40,370 bases of DNA from the IMG/VR virus record IMGVR_UViG_3300012001_000021, positions 1 through 40,370 of that record; one strand, 5' to 3'. The stretch is from a virus. Lineage: Duplodnaviria; Caudoviricetes. The notes below the pieces were generated by a model. It saw only the letters and a program-made list of their open reading frames with translations, ran no database searches and was not told where the DNA came from. The translations under genes and the position numbers were made by a program. This document shows, piece after piece, positions 17,259-25,164 of this stretch; within the stretch, counting starts at the first letter, position 1, and each line of letters starts with the position of its first letter.

Positions 17259-17432
17259 TTAAACATTAGAGGACTTAAATTTACTAAATATCTCAAGTAA
17301 CTCTTCTCTAGTCTTTTGGGTTACGTAAACCTTACGAGGAGTAGGAGAGGGATTATTCTTTGCATCTAATTGCAATCCTAAAACTTCCCGTAAAGGTCTA
17401 TTATTCCAGTTTGTATTAGACTTGGATATCAT
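17259..17432 (-). CDS. Hypothetical protein
   Basis: ATG at 17432 with SD AAGGAG. Confidence 0.55.
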   Translation of the reverse strand: MISKSNTNWNNRPLREVLGLQLDAKNNPSPTPRKVYVTQKTREELLEIFSKFKSSNV

Positions 17433-17559
17433 ATACTCCTTCAAGATATAACTTTTCTGCCTCTATTTCAAGCTCTCCGCAAAAGATACAAAAGTATGCG
17501 TCTGCTTTAATTAACTCCCCGCAACTATTACAGGTATCGTAAACTATTTTGTCTGACAT
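17416..17559 (-). CDS. Zn-ribbon mini-protein (47 aa)
   Basis: CNSCGELIKADAYFCIFCG; SD GGGAGG. Confidence 0.65.
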   Translation of the reverse strand: MSDKIVYDTCNSCGELIKADAYFCIFCGELEIEAEKLYLEGVYDIQV

Positions 17560-17708
17560 ATTACCCTCCCTTCTGCTTTTACTAAGACTTGTCCCATGAC
17601 TATATTCTGAAAAACAAAGTAAGCACTAAAGAGAATAAACGCCAGTAGGATAAACTTCTTGATATCCTCAAATGGATTGTAATATTGATAGTTTTTGTAA
17701 TCCGTCAT
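17544..17708 (-). CDS. Small single-TM protein (54 aa)
   Basis: MTDYKNY...FILLAFILFSAYFVF; first gene after promoter. Confidence 0.55.
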   Translation of the reverse strand: MTDYKNYQYYNPFEDIKKFILLAFILFSAYFVFQNIVMGQVLVKAEGRVICQTK

Positions 17709-17709
17709 A

Positions 17710-17754
17710 ACTATCATATACTATCACTGACTATCAGACTTGTCAAGTAGCAAA
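17710..17754 (-). promoter_or_regulatory. Promoter with three phased ACTATCA repeats
   Basis: TTGACA N17 TAGTAT; ACTATCA at 17710, 17720 and 17730. Confidence 0.8.
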
Positions 17755-17755
17755 A

Positions 17756-18073
17756 CTAAACCGGGGAGTTAAAAGTTCTGGCAAAGCGTCTTTTTAAAAT
17801 AGCCACGATCTCGAAATAAAGAGTATCTATTAACTCATCCCCGTCCCAGGCTATTGCAGCCTCGTTTAAAAGAAGGATGTTATTTAAAAACCGTCCGTCT
17901 GAGTAATCATGATAATAGGTATATGAGACGGCAATGAGTAATTCTATGCATTGTCCAAGGGTAGGGAGAGGGACTTCATTAGGATAGCCCTTGTTGATTT
18001 TCCATTGAGCTATGAAGTCTTGGATCTTAGAGGGGGTTTCATTCCACTGAGTCAAGTTTATCGTCTGTTTCAT
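17756..18073 (-). CDS. Hypothetical phage protein
   Basis: 105-aa ORF, SD AAGGAG. Confidence 0.7.
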   Translation of the reverse strand: MKQTINLTQWNETPSKIQDFIAQWKINKGYPNEVPLPTLGQCIELLIAVSYTYYHDYSDGRFLNNILLLNEAAIAWDGDELIDTLYFEIVAILKRRFARTFNSPV

Positions 18074-18224
18074 AGCTCCTTTCTATAGGTGTTGTGATAA
18101 ATGTCTCTATGTCATCACAGCATAAAACACAAACATCATACGCTGCCTTAGCTCTGACTATAACTATCTTAGGATACATTTTCTGATTACAACGCTGACA
18201 AAGTAAATCCATACTAAATATCAC
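18039..18224 (-). CDS. Small Cys-rich protein
   Basis: CQRC...CVLCC; start uncertain. Confidence 0.5.
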   Translation of the reverse strand: MIFSMDLLCQRCNQKMYPKIVIVRAKAAYDVCVLCCDDIETFITTPIERSYETDDKLDSVE

Positions 18225-18480
18225 TTTCCTCTAAGCTACGTATAGGTAGACTGGTCGAGATAGGGATATTTCGTTTATATAGTACCTCACAATACATCCC
18301 CTCATCAAGGATGGGATAAATTCTCCGCTCTATCTGATTTATACTGTCGATAATTTGATACCAGTAACCCTCTTCATCAACTCGATAGCCTTCATTACGG
18401 AATTTATGGAGTGTCTCCGGATCAGTAATTTCCTTTACATGAATGAAGCTGTCTTTTAAAGCCTCATTAAAAAATTTCAT
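18214..18480 (-). CDS. Hypothetical protein
   Basis: ATG at 18480 with SD GAGGTGA. Confidence 0.65.
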   Translation of the reverse strand: MKFFNEALKDSFIHVKEITDPETLHKFRNEGYRVDEEGYWYQIIDSINQIERRIYPILDEGMYCEVLYKRNIPISTSLPIRSLEESDI

Positions 18481-18633
18481 ATTCACCTCACTTTCCAAAT
18501 ATAGGCAGGATTAAAAGGAAAACTACCGCTAGTATAGCACTAGCGATAAAGAAGCGCTGAGGACGAGAATAGACTTTAGCTAGGACAATATCTAATCCAT
18601 AGATAAAAGCTAAAGTGAGCAGAAAAATAATCA

Positions 18634-18795
18634 CTAATCGTTTCTCCTTAAATAGTTTCCTTTTGCCCTATGATTATGATGCATAATTATATAATCCCTA
18701 CAATCCATACAGTATTTAGTACTCGCAATACCTCTCCCTTTAACATAAAAGAGTTTGCTGCATCGTTGACACGTTTTCTCTCTAATTATTGCCAT
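18634..18795 (-). CDS. Small Zn-finger protein (53 aa)
   Basis: MAIIREKTCQRCSKLF...KYCMDCR. Confidence 0.55.
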   Translation of the reverse strand: MAIIREKTCQRCSKLFYVKGRGIASTKYCMDCRDYIIMHHNHRAKGNYLRRND

Positions 18796-19138
18796 CTAAC
18801 TCCTTTAGCTCTATCTCTACTCGTGGGTTATCTTTGTCTATTCTGCTTATCATAGTTACTGAATCAATATATTTACTGGTGTCTTGTGTAATAAAGATGC
18901 CTTTGAGGCCGTCAATATAAGGTTTTGCAGCAATATTATCCGGGTCATAAGGCCGTTTGTCAAAAAACACAGTGATTTTAACGGTAATGAGAGTCTTAAA
19001 TAGCCCCTTTGTTTTAAGTGTCGAGTACTTGATAAGGCTATGAACTCTTACCGCCTCTCTGTTTCGTGCTGACCAATGCATGCCCGACCAGTACTTATTC
19101 CAAGACAAGGGGCGTTCATTAGGCAGTGTTATAGTCAT
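18782..19138 (-). CDS. rusA: RusA-like Holliday junction resolvase
   Basis: PLSWN...DPDNIAAKPYIDGLKGIFITQDT...NPRVEIEL. Confidence 0.75.
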   Translation of the reverse strand: MTITLPNERPLSWNKYWSGMHWSARNREAVRVHSLIKYSTLKTKGLFKTLITVKITVFFDKRPYDPDNIAAKPYIDGLKGIFITQDTSKYIDSVTMISRIDKDNPRVEIELKELDGNN

Positions 19139-19278
19139 TTACTCAATTTAAAATCATCCATAAAGGTGTCTTCGTTAATAAAATAAACCATATCTTTAGG
19201 ACAATCTATCCTCGTATGTACCATAATCCCATTAAGCATATTGTGGTTAAGTAAGTTAGTAGGTGGTAAACAGTCCAT
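19135..19278 (-). CDS. 47-aa protein with capsid A-domain-like motif
   Basis: MDCLPP...LNGIMVHTRIDCPKDMVYFINEDTF; stop overlaps the rusA start; start uncertain. Confidence 0.5.
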   Translation of the reverse strand: MDCLPPTNLLNHNMLNGIMVHTRIDCPKDMVYFINEDTFMDDFKLSK

Positions 19279-19375
19279 ATACAGAACATTTAGTTTTCAT
19301 ATTTCCTTCCATATCCTTTCTAGCGCTATATTATCTTCCCTTCGCCTTTAGTATTTGACAGCTGTCGTATAGTTT

Positions 19376-19822
19376 TTAATCGTTTTTTTCATGTTTTTCC
19401 TTTATAGAATTAGCCCACTTTTCGCACATTACTAGATGTCCTTTATATGCCTCTCCAGCATCGTTATAGCCATTACTATCTACTTCACTAGGATCACTCA
19501 TCTTAAAAGGACAACACGCAGTCTCGTCACTTTCCGCTTTGAATACAAATGTCTCATATGTTCTACCATAGCCTATTTCTTCAAAGCCGAATCTTTTCAT
19601 ATAGGCACGGTCAAAGTTGTCACCCTTAAGACGCCCATTCTCGAAGAGCCATTTTGGATCGTGAACTTGTGCATGAATCTCTCGCACAGGTCTTTCCGGC
19701 CACCATTCACCGACAGTCGAGACAATAAAATCTCCCACATAAGTATTGAGATGAAAACGACAATCGCTCCCTACCGCTAAGTGTCCTGGATGTGGCATCC
19801 ATATCCAATCTTGTTTTTTCAT
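19376..19822 (-). CDS. Hypothetical phage protein
   Basis: 148-aa ORF, WMPHPGH...CRFHL...VSTVGE...YETFVF. Confidence 0.75.
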   Translation of the reverse strand: MKKQDWIWMPHPGHLAVGSDCRFHLNTYVGDFIVSTVGEWWPERPVREIHAQVHDPKWLFENGRLKGDNFDRAYMKRFGFEEIGYGRTYETFVFKAESDETACCPFKMSDPSEVDSNGYNDAGEAYKGHLVMCEKWANSIKEKHEKND

Positions 19823-19823
19823 A

Positions 19824-20009
19824 TTATTTATCGTCAACAATAGCGTCTAAGCCTCTCATTTCTGACTTAGTCCCATTTCCAATAAGCATTTCCTTAAGCA
19901 TCTTCTCTATAGTCTTATCCATCTGTCTGCTTATTGACCAAGGTAGTTTGAATCCTTTACCATGAACCCACCAATTTAATGCAAACAAAAAACTTCTGAT
20001 TATCCTCAT
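19824..20009 (-). CDS. 61-aa protein with capsid spine-helix-like C-terminus
   Basis: ...MDKTIEKMLKEMLIGNGTKSEMRGLDAIVDDK. Confidence 0.6.
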   Translation of the reverse strand: MRIIRSFLFALNWWVHGKGFKLPWSISRQMDKTIEKMLKEMLIGNGTKSEMRGLDAIVDDK

Positions 20010-20014
20010 TTATT

Positions 20015-20269
20015 TTACCCTCGTGCTTTTAATATCCTACATGAGTCTATCCAGTCATAACTCTCACTCCATGATTTAAATAACTTCTCAGTACAGTTAC
20101 AAGAGTTCTTAGGTAGAACACCTGCACGCTCGTATTCTTCACATTTGAGTCGATCCTGATCTTTAGAAACACTGTTCATTAGCTCATAGCCTGCAAAGAA
20201 CAAGACACCTACTATAACCACAGACGCTGTGAAAAAGAGTATTACCTCAAAAAGTGGATCTGCTCTCAT
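20015..20269 (-). CDS. Small membrane protein
   Basis: N-terminal TM, Cys-containing tail. Confidence 0.65.
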   Translation of the reverse strand: MRADPLFEVILFFTASVVIVGVLFFAGYELMNSVSKDQDRLKCEEYERAGVLPKNSCNCTEKLFKSWSESYDWIDSCRILKARG

Positions 20270-20424
20270 GTTAATAAATGGGAATATGGAATAATACCCA
20301 CACCGCTACAGCTATCCCGCATAGGGCTACAAAAACAGCAACGGCGATATGCGCTCCTAAAGAGGCTTGATCGTGTTCACACCTAGTCTCCTCTCGTGTT
20401 TCTTTTGTTACTCCTTTGATACAA

Positions 20425-20592
20425 TTACAGGTCATTATTTAAGTATAAAAATCCCTCTTTATTTACTTTTACTTCTTTTTGTTTTATAGCCCATTCATAT
20501 ATCTCATCCATAGGTCTTATCCTAGCTCTATTACCAGTCTTTTGTGTATAAAAATCAGCTAAGTCGTCCCATGTAAGAGTTTTCTTTTTCAT
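20425..20592 (-). CDS. Small hypothetical protein (55 aa)
   Basis: MKKKTLTWDDLADFY...RARIRPMDEIYEW; follows the ERF stop. Confidence 0.6.
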   Translation of the reverse strand: MKKKTLTWDDLADFYTQKTGNRARIRPMDEIYEWAIKQKEVKVNKEGFLYLNNDL

Positions 20593-20595
20593 AGC

Positions 20596-21426
20596 TTATT
20601 TATTAGCCTCTAATATCTCAATTAGTTCTTCTTTACCCATATCGTTTAAATCCTTAGTTGGTGTTTCTATTTTACCTTTTTGTTTAAGCGTCATAACCTC
20701 TAATTGAACCTTTGCCCTAGACCAATCTTTGTAAGGGTCTACAATCGTTTTCACGGGGGTTAAATTATCTGGGATAGAGTCTAGTACTATTTCTTCTTCA
20801 GGACTAGCTTGCTGCTCATCCTGCGGCGTTTCTTGGGTATCTGGTAAAACGGTTTGACGCGCCATATCTCCTTTATAACCGGTTCCATTACATTTTTCCC
20901 ATGTATCGTCTGGGTTTTTATGTCTATGGTCATAATAATGCCCCCCGTTAGGCGAAGTGCGTTCCTTCATCTCAATCTTGTGAAGCTCGCAATAGTGATC
21001 ACTTATGACAAGGGGTGTTTGTTTAGCGGCGCTGTGATTAGTAGCCTTTTCAGCATCATCATCTTCACTAGGGACGAAGACAAGGGATTGAAGTGAATAA
21101 CGACGTCCGTATGAAATAGCAGAGCCTAAATCCTGAGGATTGTTCTCTGACTTAACAGCAAGCCTCATCTGAGCGGATAGGAATTCACCTGATTCATGAA
21201 GAAGCATCGTTTCTACATAAGTTCCGTTTTCATCAGAAACGACGGGCTGGAGAATGGTAATCCCGTTTTCATTTAACGGTTCTTTACAAACCTCCATTAC
21301 TGCACCTAGGTCAGCGTAATTTGACTTAAAGAAGGGGTTAACTGCATCTTTCTTAGCTGCACCCATTTTCTTTTGCGCTGCAAGAAGTGCGATAGCGATT
21401 TTTGTGATTGTATTACTTGTTGTCAT
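20596..21426 (-). CDS. erf: ERF-family ssDNA annealing protein
   Basis: KKDAVNPFFKSNYADL, TMLLHESGE, PQDLGSAISYGRRYSL...EDDDAE; ATG at 21426 with SD AAGGAG. Confidence 0.92.
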   Translation of the reverse strand: MTTSNTITKIAIALLAAQKKMGAAKKDAVNPFFKSNYADLGAVMEVCKEPLNENGITILQPVVSDENGTYVETMLLHESGEFLSAQMRLAVKSENNPQDLGSAISYGRRYSLQSLVFVPSEDDDAEKATNHSAAKQTPLVISDHYCELHKIEMKERTSPNGGHYYDHRHKNPDDTWEKCNGTGYKGDMARQTVLPDTQETPQDEQQASPEEEIVLDSIPDNLTPVKTIVDPYKDWSRAKVQLEVMTLKQKGKIETPTKDLNDMGKEELIEILEANK

Positions 21427-21578
21427 ATATCTCCTTTGCAATCTCCAGACCTCTTTCAATTCCCATAATATAAGTTTGTCTAGTTATAGATATTAAGTAT
21501 TTACTAGACTTTGTATTTAACTTAAGATCTTCAGTTGCCTTAGCTATTAGAGCTATTGTCTTCTGATCCATTTTAAAC

Positions 21579-21752
21579 TTATCGTTCATATACTTTCCTC
21601 AAATCTTCTACTCGGTATAAAACTTGTCCTGATGGTTTCTTAATAAAGGCAATATGACCCTTATTTCTCCATCTCCTCAGAGTATGCTCGGAAACTTGTA
21701 AAATCTCCATTGCTCCTTTAAGTCCTACTGTTCCGTTGTTATCGTTTATCAT
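21579..21752 (-). CDS. MerR/Xis-like winged-HTH protein (57 aa)
   Basis: GLKGAMEILQVSEHTLRRWRNKGHI...PSGQVLYRVEDL. Confidence 0.8.
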   Translation of the reverse strand: MINDNNGTVGLKGAMEILQVSEHTLRRWRNKGHIAFIKKPSGQVLYRVEDLRKVYER

Positions 21753-22066
21753 AAAAACTTCTCCAGATATCTAAGTGGGTTCTCCTCGAGTACCATAATC
21801 TGTAATTTAAATTGCCATCGTGTAAGACCCGTGTCATGATAATCGTGTCCTCCCTGACAATAAGCCTCTTCGTTCCACTCTTCCGTATATTCGATTGGAT
21901 CATCCCCCCAGAATGCTTTAGCAAAGTCGTGGCGAAAGACAATAGCGGGCATAGCTGCCCCCCAGACGATATCGCTCAGTTGAAAAGATCTGGTATAGAT
22001 AGGGGACGTCCATCCATTCTTCTCAGCCTTTAATATGGCTTTCTTTATTATCACTTCGTTTGTCAT
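21749..22066 (-). CDS. Hypothetical phage protein
   Basis: MTNEVIIKKAILKAEKNGW...HDFAKAFWG; ATG 6 nt after the -10 box. Confidence 0.75.
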   Translation of the reverse strand: MTNEVIIKKAILKAEKNGWTSPIYTRSFQLSDIVWGAAMPAIVFRHDFAKAFWGDDPIEYTEEWNEEAYCQGGHDYHDTGLTRWQFKLQIMVLEENPLRYLEKFL

Positions 22067-22072
22067 AAACAT

Positions 22073-22109
22073 ATACTATCATCAACTATCATATCTGTCA
22101 AGTAGCAAA
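22073..22109 (-). promoter_or_regulatory. Promoter with two phased ACTATCA repeats
   Basis: TTGACA N17 TAGTAT; shares TGTCAAGTAGCAAA with the 17.7 kb promoter. Confidence 0.8.
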
Positions 22110-22325
22110 GTTGCGACAATTCTATTACACAATTGGGGTAATTCTCTTAAGCGGGGTTGTTATCATTTGCTTATGAGATAAATTGTTTTCTTCGAAAAGC
22201 CATCTTTCTAAAAAACTCTTGGGAAATATAAGTTAAGCTTGTAACTTTCCTCAGAGTTTTTTTGTGTCTAGTCCTCGAATGTGAAAAGTCTTGTGAAAAG
22301 TCCCCACTTGTGATTTACTTGATAT

Positions 22326-22436
22326 ATGACTACCTTTAATGCTTTATTTATTATCTTTTCCGCCGTTTATACCTATATTGCTTATGTGGATAATCCTTTT
22401 AAATTAAGGAAACGGAGACGTAGAAGAAGATACTAG
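22326..22436 (+). CDS. 36-aa hydrophobic peptide with poly-Arg tail
   Basis: MTTFNALFIIFSAVYTYIAYVDNPFKLRKRRRRRRY; TTGTGA-N17-TTTACT-6nt-ATG. Confidence 0.5.
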   Translation: MTTFNALFIIFSAVYTYIAYVDNPFKLRKRRRRRRY

Positions 22437-22508
22437 AGGCCTTTGCTTCTTTCCTCAGCTTGGAAGATGGCCTCTTGATGAGCTTTATATTCTCGATCAA
22501 CTTCTTGT

Positions 22509-22952
22509 TTATTCACTTTCACCACTCTCAATTTCATCTGCTGAATCGATTTGTTTAGCGTTCATAATAAACTTTTTTACAGAAGGATATGCCCCATTGG
22601 CATCACGATCCCATAAGTATTTAGTCTCTGAATACCCAACTCTTTTAATAAGTTTTATTGCATAAGACAAAGATTGTTGATCTGACCAGTCTAGCTCATT
22701 TATTGGGCGTGAAAGCCATTCTGATATTTTTTCAGCTAAGAGCATTTCTTGGCTATTAAGATCTTGTTGTTGAGTTTCTCCTTTAGGTAAAATCCAGGTA
22801 AAGTTAGTTGAAAAAGCCCTATTGCTAAATTTCACTAATTTTGCTCCCTCTTCGGCAGCCCTTACTAATTCCTGCGCCTCTCTCTCTGTTAATTCAAACT
22901 TGTCTTGATAACCATAAGCTACGATATAATTATCCGATGTGTGTTGCGTCAT
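22509..22952 (-). CDS. Hypothetical protein coupled to the replication initiator
   Basis: ATG at 22952 with SD GGGAGGAG; overlaps the initiator end. Confidence 0.65.
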   Translation of the reverse strand: MTQHTSDNYIVAYGYQDKFELTEREAQELVRAAEEGAKLVKFSNRAFSTNFTWILPKGETQQQDLNSQEMLLAEKISEWLSRPINELDWSDQQSLSYAIKLIKRVGYSETKYLWDRDANGAYPSVKKFIMNAKQIDSADEIESGESE

Positions 22953-23607
22953 GTACTCCTCCCTTCTTGGTTTGTCCCGTCTCAATTTGTTTCTTAGCAT
23001 CACGTAAAACCCAATTACGAAGACCGGCTTTATAATCTTTATAGACTTTCCCTTTAGCAGCCATCCAGTTATCCATTTCTTCTTTAGATAACTTTACCAC
23101 CGAGAGAGGAATCTTATATTTATCTGCTATCTCTTGTAAATCCCCCTCAGATAAATCCCCCTTAACAATCCCCCTATTACTATTACTATTACTATTACTA
23201 TTACTATTAGGAGTATCTATGGGGTATAGATACTCTATCGATAGGGTATCTATTTGTCTTAGCTTATCAGCTAAATCGATAATCTCTTTAGGAATTTCTT
23301 TTAGTTGACTGTTTTTAGCAATTTCTAATTTACCCCCCTTAAAATTGTCGTATTTCTCTATATTTTTAACAATAACCCACCCATTATAAAAAAGAACTTT
23401 GCCTTTAAGAGATATTTTTGCCTTACCTAGTTGGGGCGTTGTTAATCCCGTCTCTACCAGAATTCTCCTATCGGAAAGCTCATAGATACCAGGAAGATTT
23501 ATATGCTCGTTAGTTATTACATAAATAAACAATAGTTTCTCAGACCAGTTTAGTTTTTCAAACCAGCCATCACCCCATATTCGTGTATGTATAGAACGTG
23601 TTTTCAT
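22930..23607 (-). CDS. Phage replication initiator (replisome organiser-like)
   Basis: RSIHTRIWGDGWFEKL...KLLFIYVITN...GIYEL..ETGL; SN linker; C-terminal YKDYKAGLRNW. Confidence 0.8.
   Translation of the reverse strand: MKTRSIHTRIWGDGWFEKLNWSEKLLFIYVITNEHINLPGIYELSDRRILVETGLTTPQLGKAKISLKGKVLFYNGWVIVKNIEKYDNFKGGKLEIAKNSQLKEIPKEIIDLADKLRQIDTLSIEYLYPIDTPNSNSNSNSNSNRGIVKGDLSEGDLQEIADKYKIPLSVVKLSKEEMDNWMAAKGKVYKDYKAGLRNWVLRDAKKQIETGQTKKGGVHDATHIG
23175..23253. repeat. Candidate replication origin inside the initiator gene
   Basis: (TATTAC)5 followed by overlapping palindromes 23211-23235 and 23226-23253. Confidence 0.6.
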
Positions 23608-23733
23608 AAGAAAAGCCCCATGTCTACGAGTGGTAAACACGAGGCTATTCCTACTTATAAGCCATTAAAAAGAGCCCTGTTCCCACTCGCTAGACTACAT
23701 ACCCAGTTAATACCAAATTAATCCACTTGTCAA
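23608..23733 (-). promoter_or_regulatory. Initiator promoter and terminator/antiterminator leader
   Basis: TTGACA at 23733-23728; 14-bp stem 23614-23646 plus T run; 23673-23695 is complementary to 23622-23646. Confidence 0.7.
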
Positions 23734-23777
23734 TAGGACAAACTTGACACAAACTATATCAAGTGCTAATATAACCC

Positions 23778-23846
23778 CGAGTAAATATATTCCTCAATTC
23801 ACTCGGTTTATCCGAGACTAACTCCCCGCCTCATGGGGAGTTTTTT
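23778..23846 (+). ncRNA. Candidate small RNA of about 70 nt
   Basis: TTGACA(23744)-N17-TAATAT with extended TG, no ORF, terminator AACTCCCC-GCCTCAT-GGGGAGTTTTTT. Confidence 0.6.
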
Positions 23847-23976
23847 ATCTAATAGCCCACAAGATCCACCCTAGACCAATAAAGACTAGTCCCGTACAAA
23901 AGCCCAGTATCGCTGTAAAAAGCAAGGCGTCTTTATGCTCATCTTTAAAAACATGAATCTCATTAAGAAGCTTCAT
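23845..23976 (-). CDS. Small TM protein in the lysis cassette (43 aa)
   Basis: ...ALLFTAILGFCTGLVFIGLGWILWAIR; ATGA overlap with holin. Confidence 0.6.
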   Translation of the reverse strand: MKLLNEIHVFKDEHKDALLFTAILGFCTGLVFIGLGWILWAIR

Positions 23977-24254
23977 TGTGTCATTGTCTCTGAGGCAGTA
24001 CTAGAGATTTCTGGTGTGACAACGGTGGTGCTATTTGTTGTTTTAAGAGTTGGATGTGGTTTTTTAAACTCATGATAAACAACTATCGTAGAGAGAAGTA
24101 CCGATCCAAAGGCAGTTATAATTTGTGTCCATGCCTCTACCCACTGCTGGCGTTGATCAGGCATTAACCATCCCCGAGCTATAGCAAGGTCAGAGAGCAG
24201 GCCTATGGCGTAAAGTAAATATGGTCTAATTAATAAAAATCCTTCAGGTGTCAT
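23973..24254 (-). CDS. Putative holin
   Basis: Two hydrophobic segments, directly after the endolysin. Confidence 0.65.
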   Translation of the reverse strand: MTPEGFLLIRPYLLYAIGLLSDLAIARGWLMPDQRQQWVEAWTQIITAFGSVLLSTIVVYHEFKKPHPTLKTTNSTTVVTPEISSTASETMTQ

Positions 24255-24261
24255 ATGGGTG

Positions 24262-25134
24262 TCATTTTAAAATAAACGATTTAACTGTCCTAAGTAATAT
24301 TACTAAAAAGGAGGGGTTTGTAGTAAGGTCTGTCGTATCAATGGGGATTATGTCGGGTTGAGTAGCTAAAGAGTCCACAGAAGGCGCTACAGAGGCCTCC
24401 GTGGTATCTGTAATAGTTGTTGTAGACATACTAGCTCTTGCCTCAAGAAGTTGACGGTTAAGCGAAGTGATCTGGTCACGAAGTACTTGAATCTTCGGTA
24501 TAGCCACAGTATAAGCTCCATCAGGATTATCAATGTCTTGATCGGAAAGATTGAGGTTTTTTGCAACATTATCCCAGTTAGTACTTTTCCCTACCAGTTT
24601 AGCATAAAGAGAGATAGTAACGTTACTCATTAACTCTTCTGAGGGGATAGGAAGTGAGGTAGAAACAGGAGCAGTGGAATTAGTAATAGTCCATTGACAT
24701 CTATCTCCCATAACATCTATATATCCAGAGTATCCGTTATTTTGTTCTGTCTTGACTCCAGCCCCGTCACACGGTGCAACTCCAAAATGAAGGTGGGGAC
24801 CATCACTAAAGCCTGAATCGTTTGAATGCGCAATAAGTTGTCCTTTAACCACCTTATCACCATTTGCAACCGTGAGATCATTAAGATGTCCGTAGAGGGT
24901 AATATATCCGTCGTGTTTAAGTTTAATATAGTTTCCATAGCCGTTTGTATCAAAGCCTGTTTCTAGTACTACTCCATCAGCAGCAGCAAGGATTAGTGTA
25001 TTTGTTGGACAACCGATATCTGTACCATTATGTCCTTTTAAGCCAAACCTAGCGCTGTAAACCTCTGGATGCGCTCCAAAGTTCTGCGTTATTGGGAAAT
25101 CTCCGATGTAGATATCCGATAATTGAAAAGCCAT
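24262..25134 (-). CDS. Endolysin, peptidase M23
   Basis: HNGTD, YGNYI, YGHL, GPHLHF intact; C-terminal coiled coil. Confidence 0.88.
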   Translation of the reverse strand: MAFQLSDIYIGDFPITQNFGAHPEVYSARFGLKGHNGTDIGCPTNTLILAAADGVVLETGFDTNGYGNYIKLKHDGYITLYGHLNDLTVANGDKVVKGQLIAHSNDSGFSDGPHLHFGVAPCDGAGVKTEQNNGYSGYIDVMGDRCQWTITNSTAPVSTSLPIPSEELMSNVTISLYAKLVGKSTNWDNVAKNLNLSDQDIDNPDGAYTVAIPKIQVLRDQITSLNRQLLEARASMSTTTITDTTEASVAPSVDSLATQPDIIPIDTTDLTTNPSFLVILLRTVKSFILK

Positions 25135-25164
25135 CTATAAATAATGTAAGCTACTTTTACTATC

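Noticed and set aside
21579-21752. Xis-like HTH as evidence of an integrating prophage
   Set aside because: No tyrosine or serine integrase and no host flanks were seen
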